Source of the DNA: Hormoscilla sp.
Lineage (GTDB): Bacteria > Cyanobacteriota > Cyanobacteriia > Cyanobacteriales > Desertifilaceae
NCBI GenBank assembly: GCA_051439505.1
Contig: JBFRWI010000208.1
Coordinates: 16,151-80,150, forward strand
DNA length: 64,000 nucleotides
Direction of reading: 5' to 3'
Made by a program: the position numbers and the translations under genes. Below the pieces are notes generated by a model that was not told the DNA's origin, searched no databases, and saw only the letters and a program-made list of their open reading frames with translations. How positions within the stretch are numbered: the stretch's first letter is position 1; every line of letters starts with the position of its first letter. Shown piece by piece: positions 8,799 through 17,606 of this stretch.

Positions 8799-10241
8799 AT
8801 GTCAAGGAACCAACTAGAAATTATAGAACTGAAAGAAGAAACGCAAGCAGAAATCGCTGAGTATTTGATGGATGTAGCCCGCAAAGGGTACGATGTCCAA
8901 GAATTCGATCCCCAGCTCAAATATGGGGGCACCAAGGGTTCCCTGTCCCAACAGGAGGGCTATTATCCAGACTGCAACCTGGTGGAACTGAAAAAATTAG
9001 GCTATGCAGTCACGGAAATTCTGCAAGAAAAGGGAGAAGCAGAAGCTTTAGCTTGCTTCAAAGGGTACCGGGAATTATTCTCGTCGTCTGGCGGAGATGG
9101 CGTGGAGGCGGGAATGCCGTACATTCAGAAAATTAAAGTTCTGCCAGAGTGGCTGTTTGCAGATATCAATACGGCAGATTTGATTGCCCCCAACGGGTTC
9201 CGGATACCAGAACATCTGAACACTTGGAAAGAGATCCGGGAATATTCAGCTAAGTTGCTAGTGCCGAAACTACTCCTGGCGGCAATAAGCGGCATCCACA
9301 ACCAATGCCCCTGGATGGATCTAGACATGGATCTGAACTCCACGATGCACACGATGCGACCAGATCCAGACAAATATCATGTGAATGCTGGGTATGGAGG
9401 TGGCTATATCAAGCAGCACACCGATGGCTATTGGAACGATCGCAGTAACGTGCCTCTGATTATAGTTTTTCTGAGCATTAGCAATCCCAACCAGGAACCA
9501 ACCGGTTTTATCCCGGTGGAGGCCATTTTTCGGATTCCCTCCCCAAATTCTCCAATTTACGATGACTGGCGTGGGGTCTTCCAGGATTTGATTCCACCGG
9601 GGAAAAGTCCCGAACAATTCGTGGAATGGGTGGTTTCCGAAGCCACGAAACCTCAGTTTTCCTTTATTATGGGCGTACTGGGTGGGGATGCTCAGCGAGG
9701 GGTTTACGAGACTCCCCTGTTAGAGAAGGATCCCAAGTATGGTGGCTACCTGTTTCGCGCGAAATCAACCTTTAAGGCTTCCAATCCCCATGCAGAACCG
9801 GTGGTAGAATTCACGAATCGCACGATCGAGTTTTTGGGCAGCCAGAAAAGTCCAGATACATATATGGAAGTGTCCCTATCACCGGGAGAAGTATATCTGG
9901 CTCTGAATGGGGCGGGATTATCAATCAATCCCCATCCTGAATATGAAGCGGATGGTTACGCATATCCTGTAAAAGGCGCGGCAACGATTCACGGCAGGGG
10001 GAAATTGACCGCGATCGATGGTAAAATTCACAGGACATTGGCACGGGGGAATAGTTTACTCGGTGGGGAAAGAACTTTTTACGCCCCAGATGATGGAGCA
10101 GATCTGCTGCTAGAGGAGTTGCAAAAAGCGGCTCCCGATGCTAGGCTAGGAGCGCTGGATCGAAATAGCTTATTTCCAGACAAGGGAGTTGTGAGGGAGC
10201 TGCTCCAGGCAGGGATTCGCGGTAACCTATTGAAACGATAA
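8799..10241 (+). CDS. Fe(II)/2-oxoglutarate dioxygenase, TauD/clavaminate-synthase-like
   Basis: H-T-D facial motif (QHTDG), LSPGE..LALN, distal IHGRG and R-x-L-x-R (RTLAR). Confidence 0.7.
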   Translation: MSRNQLEIIELKEETQAEIAEYLMDVARKGYDVQEFDPQLKYGGTKGSLSQQEGYYPDCNLVELKKLGYAVTEILQEKGEAEALACFKGYRELFSSSGGDGVEAGMPYIQKIKVLPEWLFADINTADLIAPNGFRIPEHLNTWKEIREYSAKLLVPKLLLAAISGIHNQCPWMDLDMDLNSTMHTMRPDPDKYHVNAGYGGGYIKQHTDGYWNDRSNVPLIIVFLSISNPNQEPTGFIPVEAIFRIPSPNSPIYDDWRGVFQDLIPPGKSPEQFVEWVVSEATKPQFSFIMGVLGGDAQRGVYETPLLEKDPKYGGYLFRAKSTFKASNPHAEPVVEFTNRTIEFLGSQKSPDTYMEVSLSPGEVYLALNGAGLSINPHPEYEADGYAYPVKGAATIHGRGKLTAIDGKIHRTLARGNSLLGGERTFYAPDDGADLLLEELQKAAPDARLGALDRNSLFPDKGVVRELLQAGIRGNLLKR

Positions 10242-10407
10242 CTAAGCTGCCGCGCATTTAAATTGCATAGGCAGAAACGCGCTCAACCATTGTTATCAAG
10301 GGCTTTCGGAATTTGGAATTTGGAATTTGGAATTTGGAATTGCTTAAGGTATGGCCTGGCCTTGGGCCAGGCAGAAAAATCAGTCGAGAGGTAGAGAAAC
10401 AGCAAGG

Positions 10408-11250
10408 ATGGATAATAATTCAGGAACGGATAGGTTTAATCAAGGCTATTTTGACAGTAAAGAGATAGATGATTTTTACAGAAGAGTGGTGGGGGATCAT
10501 ACCCATTGTGGAATCTTCGAGCAGAAGGATGAAGATGTACTTATTGCCAAAAAGCGGACGACAGAATACATGGCAGATTTGCTGCCATTAAATAAAGATA
10601 GTCACGTTCTCGATTTGGGATCGGGATATGGTGGAGCAGCAAGATATTTAGCAAAAAAATACGGCTGTAAGGTATCTTGTTTGAACCTCAGCGAACAACA
10701 GAATGCCCTCAATGTCGAACGCAATGTTATGGAGGGTCTGGGGGAGTTAATCCAGCTGTATCAAGGTAGCTTTGAAAAATTGCCCTTTCCCGAGGAGAAA
10801 TTTAATATAGTTTGGACCCAGGATGCCCTCTTCTACAGCGATACTCAATTGCAAGCTTTTAAAGAAGCCCATCGAGTTTTAGTCAAGGGTGGTGAATTTT
10901 TGGCCTGCAGTTATTTCTTCAGTGGCGAGCGTCCTTCCTCAGAAGATGTGAAGAAGGTGGTAGACTGGTATACGGGAGGGATTCACAAAGTATATTTTTT
11001 GCACCTAAATGATTATCGAGAGGTGGCCAAGGAAATTGGCATGTATGAGGTGGAAGCGATCGAGTTAACGGAGCAGGTGTCGGTGAACTATTTGCAACTA
11101 TTGAAAAAGATGGAGGATCTTCAGGCAAGGGAACAGCTTTGGAGTGAAGAGTTTTTTGATAAAAAGAAGCAAAGGTTACTTGATTGTTCTGAAGTGGGCA
11201 AAAGTGGATTATTGCAATGGGGAATGTTGCACTATCGGAAACAGAGATAG
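10408..11250 (+). CDS. SAM-dependent methyltransferase, sarcosine/dimethylglycine N-methyltransferase-like (copy 1)
   Basis: VLDLGSGYGGAARYLA, CLNLSEQQN and WTQDA. ATG 10408 follows AAGG. Confidence 0.85.
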   Translation: MDNNSGTDRFNQGYFDSKEIDDFYRRVVGDHTHCGIFEQKDEDVLIAKKRTTEYMADLLPLNKDSHVLDLGSGYGGAARYLAKKYGCKVSCLNLSEQQNALNVERNVMEGLGELIQLYQGSFEKLPFPEEKFNIVWTQDALFYSDTQLQAFKEAHRVLVKGGEFLACSYFFSGERPSSEDVKKVVDWYTGGIHKVYFLHLNDYREVAKEIGMYEVEAIELTEQVSVNYLQLLKKMEDLQAREQLWSEEFFDKKKQRLLDCSEVGKSGLLQWGMLHYRKQR

Positions 11251-11483
11251 AACGAAATAGAACGAAAGCATGTCAACCTTTCCAGGCAGGGATTCGCGGT
11301 AACCTATTGAAACGATAACTAAGCTGCCGCGCATTTAAATTGCATAGGCAGAAACGCGCTCAACCATTGTTATCAAGGGCTTTCGGAATTTTGAATTTTG
11401 AATTTTGAATTTTGAATTGCTTAAGGTATGACCTGGCTTTGGCCAGGCAGAAAAATCAGTCGAGAGGTAGAGAAAAAGCAAGG

Positions 11484-12326
11484 ATGGATAATAATTCAGC
11501 AACGGATAGGTTTAATCAAGGCTATTTTGACAGCAAAGAGATAGATAATTTTTACAGAAGAGTGGTGGGCGATCATACCCATTGTGGAATCTTCGAGCAG
11601 AAGGATGAAGATGTACTTATTGCCAAAAAGCGGACGACAGAATACATGGCATCTTTGCTGCCATTAAATAAAGATAGTCACGTTCTCGATTTGGGATCGG
11701 GATATGGTGGAGCAGCAAGATATTTAGCCAAAAAATACGGCTGTAAGGTATCTTGTTTGAACCTCAGCGAACAACAGAATGCTATCAATGTTGAACGCAA
11801 TCAAGAGGAGGGTCTGAGGGATCTAGTCCAGGTCTATCAAGGGAGCTTTGAAAAATTGCCCTTTCCCGAGGAGAAATTTAATATAGCTTGGAGCCAGGAT
11901 GCCCTCTACTACAGCGATACTCAATTGCAAGCTTTGAGAGAAGCTCATCGAGTTTTAGTCAAGGGTGGTGAATTTTTGGCCTGCACTTATTTCTTCAGTG
12001 GCGATCGTCCTTCCTCAGAAGATGTGAAGAAGGTGGTAGACTGGTATACGGGAGGAATTCACAAAGTATATTTTTTGCACCTAAATGATTACCGAGATGT
12101 GGCCAAGGAAATTGGCATGTATGAGGTGGAAGCGATCGAGTTAACGGAGCAGGTTTCGGTGAACTATTTGCAAGTATTGAAAAAGATGGAGGATATTCAG
12201 GCAAAGGAACAGCTCTGGAGTGAAGAGTTTTTTGAGAAAAAGAAGCAACGGCTACTTGATTGTTCGGAAGTGGGCAAAAGTGGATTATTGCAATGGGGAA
12301 TCTTGCATTATCGGAAAGAAAATTGA
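11484..12326 (+). CDS. SAM-dependent methyltransferase, SDMT-like (copy 2)
   Basis: Same motifs; 25 differences in 280 aa versus copy 1 by manual alignment. Confidence 0.85.
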   Translation: MDNNSATDRFNQGYFDSKEIDNFYRRVVGDHTHCGIFEQKDEDVLIAKKRTTEYMASLLPLNKDSHVLDLGSGYGGAARYLAKKYGCKVSCLNLSEQQNAINVERNQEEGLRDLVQVYQGSFEKLPFPEEKFNIAWSQDALYYSDTQLQALREAHRVLVKGGEFLACTYFFSGDRPSSEDVKKVVDWYTGGIHKVYFLHLNDYRDVAKEIGMYEVEAIELTEQVSVNYLQVLKKMEDIQAKEQLWSEEFFEKKKQRLLDCSEVGKSGLLQWGILHYRKEN

Positions 12327-12484
12327 TGAAAGCAGGAATTGTTCGAGATTAACAAGTTCGGTGATATCGGGTGGAGATTTGGCGGCCATAGCAGCGTGGT
12401 CCAAAGGTGAAAGGGCATCAGTACCCAGAAAACTCGGGCGGAAAATTGCTACAATCATGATAATTATCGAGTTATGAGAGGATC

Positions 12485-12847
12485 GTGATGAATTTCTTAA
12501 CTTTGGTGCTGGCTGCTATCTCCCTAGGAATTACAGCCTCTCTTGTCCCAGGTCTGGCGATCGCCAGTTGGGAGGGGGCCGTCATCGGGGTGATTGCCAT
12601 AGTGATTGTCATGACGTTGGCCAATGGGATTGCCAAACCCATTCTGAAAATTATCAAAAAGCCTGAAAACATCTTAACCTTGAGTCTAATGAGGTTTGCG
12701 CTCATTGCGATCGGGCTTTTGCTGGCGGGATACTTCACTAACGACTATTTTATAGTTAAGGGTTTGGTACCGGCCTTCTTGGGGGCGATCGTTCTGTCTG
12801 TGGTTTATGGCTCGATCGACTGGTTTGTCAGCGGGGAAGAGGCTTGA
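12485..12847 (+). CDS. 4-TM phage holin family (YvlD/DUF360-like) protein, diverged copy
   Basis: Paralog of 13002-13352 with a duplicated upstream region. Confidence 0.7.
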   Translation: MMNFLTLVLAAISLGITASLVPGLAIASWEGAVIGVIAIVIVMTLANGIAKPILKIIKKPENILTLSLMRFALIAIGLLLAGYFTNDYFIVKGLVPAFLGAIVLSVVYGSIDWFVSGEEA

Positions 12848-13001
12848 GGTGATGGGTTCGCAGTCAGGGCTAAAGCGCTAGTAGAGATCGGCGGCGCAGA
12901 TAGGGCCCTAGGGCGGTCCGGAGGTGAAACAGTATTAGCGAACCTTCCCTACGGGGGGCGGAAAATCGCTATAATCATGATAATCGAGTTATGAGAGGAT
13001 C

Positions 13002-13352
13002 ATGCTTAATTTCATCTTAACTTGGGTGCTGGCTGCTATCTCCCTAGCAATTACAGCCTATCTCGTCCCGGGTCTGGCGATCGCCAGTTGGCAGGCCGCC
13101 GCCATCGCTGTGGTGGTGATGGGGTTGGTGAATGCGATCGTCAAACCCATTCTGACAATTCTTACCTTGCCCTTAACCATCTTAAGCTTGGGTCTGTTTC
13201 TGTTGGTGATTAATGCCATCAGCATTTCGATGGTCGGATACTTCACTCCCGGTTTTACAGTTAATGGTTTTTTCCCGGCCTTGTTTGGTTCGATCGTTCT
13301 GTCTGTGGTTTCCGGGTTGATAAATCAGTTGGCTAGTGCGATCGAGGCTTAA
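13002..13352 (+). CDS. 4-TM phage holin family (YvlD/DUF360-like) membrane protein
   Basis: GLVNAIVKPILTILTLPLTILSLGLFLLVINA signature. Confidence 0.9.
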   Translation: MLNFILTWVLAAISLAITAYLVPGLAIASWQAAAIAVVVMGLVNAIVKPILTILTLPLTILSLGLFLLVINAISISMVGYFTPGFTVNGFFPALFGSIVLSVVSGLINQLASAIEA

Positions 13353-13421
13353 GGTGATTCGTTAACTTTCGTGGTGGGCGGTGCCCACCCTACAAATTTT
13401 GAAGGAATATCCCCTCGGAGT

Positions 13422-14201
13422 ATGACTGAAACATTAACTCAAATAGGTCTGCCTCCTCAATTTCCCGACCACACGCAACTACCCGAAGAGGATGGTACGT
13501 TTGGGAAAAACTTTCACCGAACTCCCCAAAGTTTGATTCTGACAGACTCTATTGGTCCCGTTTTGGAGCGACTTCATCCCGACGGACAGTATGCTATTGG
13601 ACAAGACTGTGGCATCTATTGGCGAGAAGCTGACCCGCCAGAAAAAGGTGCCGAAGCGCCTGATTGGTTCTATGTCCCCAATGTCCCCCCTAAGCTAAAG
13701 GGTAAAATTCGCCGTTCTTACGTGCTGTGGCGGGAATACCAAGCACCTTTGATTGCTTTGGAGTTCGCTAGTGGCAATGGTAAAGAGGAACGAGAGACAA
13801 CTCCTCTGGCTTTGGCTGCCAAAAGTGTGAAACAAAAGCCGGGCAAGTTTTGGGTGTATGAGAAGATTATCAGGATTCCTTACTATGGCATATTTCAAAT
13901 CAGCAATAGCCAGTTATTGGTCTATCATCTGGTAGATTTTGTTTATCAGAAACTGGAACCGAACTCGCGAGGTCACTATCCGATCGAGTCATTAGAAGTA
14001 GAGTTGGGACTCTGGCAAGGAAGCTATCAGAATCAAACACAGTCCTGGCTGCGTTGGTGGGATTTGCAGGGAAATCTGTTGTTGACTGGTTCCGAACGAG
14101 CCGAACTGGAAAAACAAAAAACTGCACGGGCTGAAGCTAAAGCCGCACGACTGGCAGAAAAGCTACGGGCATTGGGTGTTGACCCTGATGCGGAAGAATA
14201 A
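13422..14201 (+). CDS. Uma2/DUF820 family endonuclease
   Basis: PDHTQLPEEDG, APDWFYV, LEFAS, WLRWWD and the ARLAEKLRALGVDPD tail. Confidence 0.9.
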   Translation: MTETLTQIGLPPQFPDHTQLPEEDGTFGKNFHRTPQSLILTDSIGPVLERLHPDGQYAIGQDCGIYWREADPPEKGAEAPDWFYVPNVPPKLKGKIRRSYVLWREYQAPLIALEFASGNGKEERETTPLALAAKSVKQKPGKFWVYEKIIRIPYYGIFQISNSQLLVYHLVDFVYQKLEPNSRGHYPIESLEVELGLWQGSYQNQTQSWLRWWDLQGNLLLTGSERAELEKQKTARAEAKAARLAEKLRALGVDPDAEE

Positions 14202-14384
14202 CGTTCCCAGGTAAATCGCCGCACCCTCAAGGGTGCGGCTACAGTTACAAAGCCCGCCTGCGCGGGCTGGCGATCGGGCGATCGGGCAATTGACAATTAT
14301 AGTGCTAAAATCGAGGGATTTGGTGGGCAGTGGTATCCTAGCATATTGTAGAATATAACAATCCATACTATAATCACAACTCTC

Positions 14385-14690
14385 ATGAGCAAGTCAGCCG
14401 TGCAAACCCTGACAGACATTGGTACAATGATTGTGAGAACGCCGGGAACCTGCGGCGGGCGTCCCCGAATTGCCGGACACCGAATTACAGTTCATAACAT
14501 TGTCATCGACTTTCAGGCGGGAATGAAGCCAGAAGAGATAGTCTCGGAAAGATCGCAGCTAACCTTGGCCCAGGTTTATGCGGCACTTGCATATTATTAT
14601 GCTAACAAAGAGGCGATCGAAGCAGAGATTGCCGCCGAGGATGATCTATGCGATCGTTGGGAAGCTGAGTATAGGGCTAAAATGCAATGA
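14385..14690 (+). CDS. DUF433 family antitoxin
   Basis: PGTCGGRPRIAGHRITV and AQVYAALAYYY. Confidence 0.9.
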   Translation: MSKSAVQTLTDIGTMIVRTPGTCGGRPRIAGHRITVHNIVIDFQAGMKPEEIVSERSQLTLAQVYAALAYYYANKEAIEAEIAAEDDLCDRWEAEYRAKMQ

Positions 14691-15058
14691 GTCAGATTAG
14701 TATTTACCTAGATGAAGATAGTGTTGAGAAGTCCTTGATTGCAGCTTTCCGTAATGCTAGCTTTGATGTAGTCACAGTTGCAGATGTAGGCAGGGAAAGT
14801 TATGCAGATGAAGATCAACTAATCTGGGCCACACAACAGAGGCGCGTCATCTACAGCTACAACCGAGGAGACTTCTGCCGACTGCATAGCGAATTTATGG
14901 CAGTCCAGAGGAGCCATACTGGCATTATATTGCTCCGGCAACAACGCTATTCAATTGGACAGCAGTTACGAGGTTTGCTAAATTTGGCTGCTGACAAATC
15001 AGCCTCGGAGATGGTAAACCAACTGGTGTTCCTGAGTTATTATATTGAGAAAAACTGA
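14687..15058 (+). CDS. DUF5615 PIN-like toxin
   Basis: IYLDED, DEDQLIWA, SYNRGDF and HTGII; ATGA-coupled to DUF433. Confidence 0.88.
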   Translation: MSQISIYLDEDSVEKSLIAAFRNASFDVVTVADVGRESYADEDQLIWATQQRRVIYSYNRGDFCRLHSEFMAVQRSHTGIILLRQQRYSIGQQLRGLLNLAADKSASEMVNQLVFLSYYIEKN

Positions 15059-15329
15059 AGGTAGCGATCGGGAGTCAGACTAAACCAAATGGTGGGTCGA
15101 TCTATCTGGAGAGCACTAATCGCACTACTCCAGATAGATCGAAGGTGCCTACTGCCGCTGCGCGGAATTCAAAATTCAAAATTCAGAATTCAAAATGCTT
15201 TGGGAGCAAGGCTTTGAGCCACTTCCGGCTGGTGCATTATTTCCGCCGCGCTGCACTACCCTACTACAATATTACTATAGCCCGAAAATTGTTGCGATCG
15301 AAACTGAATATTTTTTAGTCGGTTTTAAC

Positions 15330-15509
15330 TCAGATCTTGCACCATTCTCAACGGTCGGCGGAGCGGAGATAATTCGTTCCCAGGCTCCCGCCTGGGAACG
15401 AGGGTAAAACGACGAGAAATAAATGATTCCAGCCCTCTCCCCTCTCCCCGTGTCCCCGCGTCCCCGTGTCCGGTGCGTCCGCTAAATGCGAATGGTGCAA
15501 GATCTCAAT
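15330..15509. mobile_element. MITE-like element inserted in a palindromic repeat
   Basis: Inverted ends AGATCTTGCACCATTC / GAATGGTGCAAGATCT, flanked by a TTTTAAC duplication that splits GTCGGTTTTAACCGAC. Related ends near 43976 and 44145. Confidence 0.6.
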
Positions 15510-15529
15510 TTTAACCGACTCCTACCGAG

Positions 15530-17533
15530 TTACCTGGCTCCGCCTGGTAACGCGGGGGCTTGAACCCCCGGCGGGCTTTGTGATAGATAACCGCGCGGAG
15601 TAATCATCCAATCACCGTGGGTATGGGTACTTTGATTACCGATCAGCACTGTAGTCAGCATGTCAATGGGTATTTCCAGGAATTTGTCAAGGGTTGTCAG
15701 GGTAATTTGTTCTGATTCTCGGTATACCGAACGGACGATCGCCACGGGAGTATCTGGTTTCCGGTATTGTAGAAATATCTGCTGGGCCGTGACTATTTGC
15801 CGAGTCCGGTTGGCAGATTTAGGGTTATAGAGTGCGGTGACAAAATCTGCTTGGGCGGCGGCGTGCAGGCGCTTTTCGATTACCTCCCAAGGTGTTAGCA
15901 AGTCACTCAAGCTGATGGCACAGAAATCATGCATTAAGGGCGCACCCACCTTCGCTGCTGCTGCTTGCATGGCTGTAATTCCTGGCAACACTTCTACGAT
16001 GGGTATTTTCCCATCCCAACCTGATGTTCGTAATTGTTCCATGACCAATCCTGCCATGGCATAAATGCCGCAATCTCCTGAAGAGATGACTGCTACTGTT
16101 AAACCCCAATTTGCAAGTTCTATGGCCCGTTCTCCCCGTTGGCGTTCCTGAGTAATGGGAAATGCTTCGACAATTTGTCCCGGACGCCGCAAAGGGGCAA
16201 TTAAATCGATATAGAGACTATAACCGATAATTACATCGGCACTAACGATCGCAGTTTGAGCCCCTGGGGTGATTTGGTCTAATTGTCCCGGCCCGATGCC
16301 CACAAGTAATAGTTTACCTGTACGTCCTGTATATTCTACAGCCGATTGGGCGATCGCCACCGTGACTGCCCCTGGTTCCCCTTCTGTTCTGAAAATTTCC
16401 TTGGCAACCAATAGAGATGCTTCCTGACTTACTTCTCCCGTTGACAAAGGTGCTGTATTAAGCCCGCGCAGGCGGGCTTCGTTCTTGTAGCCCCACTCTT
16501 TAGGGTGGGGGTATGAGTGCGCAGCAAGTAAAGCAGCAGCTTCGGCGACGCTGGGAGTTCCTACTGCTTTTTCGACTACAGTTGAAGGGGTAGGGACAGC
16601 GACAGAACGCAGCATTTCTGCTGGGAAACTGCGTAGGGGAAAGAGGCGATCGCGACAGAGTTCCACCAACCCGACTTCATCAGCTTTGATGTCAATTGTA
16701 GCCACCCCTGCGATCGCCCCTTCTGCCAAAGCATGGGTTTGCATGACTTCTGTAATTGCCCTTTCAATCATCTGACGTGAAGTTCCTCGTTCGCAACCTA
16801 TTCCCACCCACAAAACTCTCGGATGCCATTGCACTTGGGGTATATCGGACTCGGGGGATAATTGGCGATGGGTAACGCATATTCTCCCTTTGGGGGATAT
16901 TTTATCCTTATCCAACTGAAAATAAAATTGATGTCCTTCGGGAAGATGCTTTTGCCAAAGGGTTGTGCCAACTTCTTGCATTACCTGGACGGGTTCTCCC
17001 CTGGCAACTGCTGCACTCACTCCCGTCCAGTCCCCAGGGCCCCGCTGCCAACCAAAGGGAACCCCCAGCATATCTACTCCTGGTAATTGTAAGGCAGCGG
17101 ATGCCCCTGTTAAGATCGGAGTTGCCCCCAGTTGCAGTGCAATTAACCTGGCTAATTTGTCAGCGCCCCCTTGATGTCCGCCGCACAAACTGATGACAAA
17201 TTTACCAGCTTCATCTATAACTATGACAGCGGGGTCGCGAGATTTATCCTCTAGCAAGGGAGCAATTAAGCGCACGACTGCCCCAGTTGCCAGGCAGAAG
17301 ATCAACGCCCGATGGTTTGACCACAGGGTGGTAAGATGTGAGTGGAGAGAACCTTGGTAAACCCGCGTCCCGGGAATATTATCTAAGGATGCTGGTACCC
17401 AAATGTTCGCAGTTTCGTTCGCATTCTCGTTCGTAGTAAGCACTTTAGTGCTTAATAACTGGAGGCATTTAGCGGCAGTGGGGGTGACGGCGATCGCAGC
17501 TAGTGGTTGAAATTCGCTCTCTAGTGATATCAT
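15530..17533 (-). CDS. cobJ: CbiG-CbiH/CobJ fusion (cobalamin biosynthesis; precorrin-3B C17-methyltransferase)
   Basis: N-terminal CbiG motifs (DPAVIVIDE, GGHQGGA, VGIGCERG, PSVAEAAAL) and C-terminal CobJ motifs (VGIGPG, SSGDCGIY, ISLSDLLTPW, ITPRGY). Confidence 0.93.
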   Translation of the reverse strand: MISLESEFQPLAAIAVTPTAAKCLQLLSTKVLTTNENANETANIWVPASLDNIPGTRVYQGSLHSHLTTLWSNHRALIFCLATGAVVRLIAPLLEDKSRDPAVIVIDEAGKFVISLCGGHQGGADKLARLIALQLGATPILTGASAALQLPGVDMLGVPFGWQRGPGDWTGVSAAVARGEPVQVMQEVGTTLWQKHLPEGHQFYFQLDKDKISPKGRICVTHRQLSPESDIPQVQWHPRVLWVGIGCERGTSRQMIERAITEVMQTHALAEGAIAGVATIDIKADEVGLVELCRDRLFPLRSFPAEMLRSVAVPTPSTVVEKAVGTPSVAEAAALLAAHSYPHPKEWGYKNEARLRGLNTAPLSTGEVSQEASLLVAKEIFRTEGEPGAVTVAIAQSAVEYTGRTGKLLLVGIGPGQLDQITPGAQTAIVSADVIIGYSLYIDLIAPLRRPGQIVEAFPITQERQRGERAIELANWGLTVAVISSGDCGIYAMAGLVMEQLRTSGWDGKIPIVEVLPGITAMQAAAAKVGAPLMHDFCAISLSDLLTPWEVIEKRLHAAAQADFVTALYNPKSANRTRQIVTAQQIFLQYRKPDTPVAIVRSVYRESEQITLTTLDKFLEIPIDMLTTVLIGNQSTHTHGDWMITPRGYLSQSPPGVQAPALPGGAR

Positions 17534-17606
17534 AGATTATGCTTCCTCCTTTGCAGCCCGACAGGCAAGATGAGATCGGTTATTCATTGTAGTAGTGTAG
17601 TACAGA

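Larger units (their letters stand above)
10204..12326 (+). repeat. Tandem duplication with ~1077-bp period
   Basis: TCCAGGCAGGGATTCGCGGTAACCTATTGAAACGATAA starts at both 10204 and 11281; each copy carries the intergenic region and one methyltransferase gene. Confidence 0.95.

Noticed and set aside
8799..10241. Fe/2OG halogenase
   Set aside because: The motif is H-T-D with the carboxylate retained, not H-x-G/A as in halogenases.
7331..12326. Guanitoxin or canonical glycine-betaine cluster
   Set aside because: No kinase, N-hydroxylase, aldolase or O-methyltransferase genes for guanitoxin; no GSMT partner, and SDMT pocket motifs differ. Only the enzyme classes are analogous.
12485..13352. Prophage lysis module
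   Set aside because: This 4-TM 'holin' family is a common chromosomal membrane protein; no endolysin or phage genes are adjacent.
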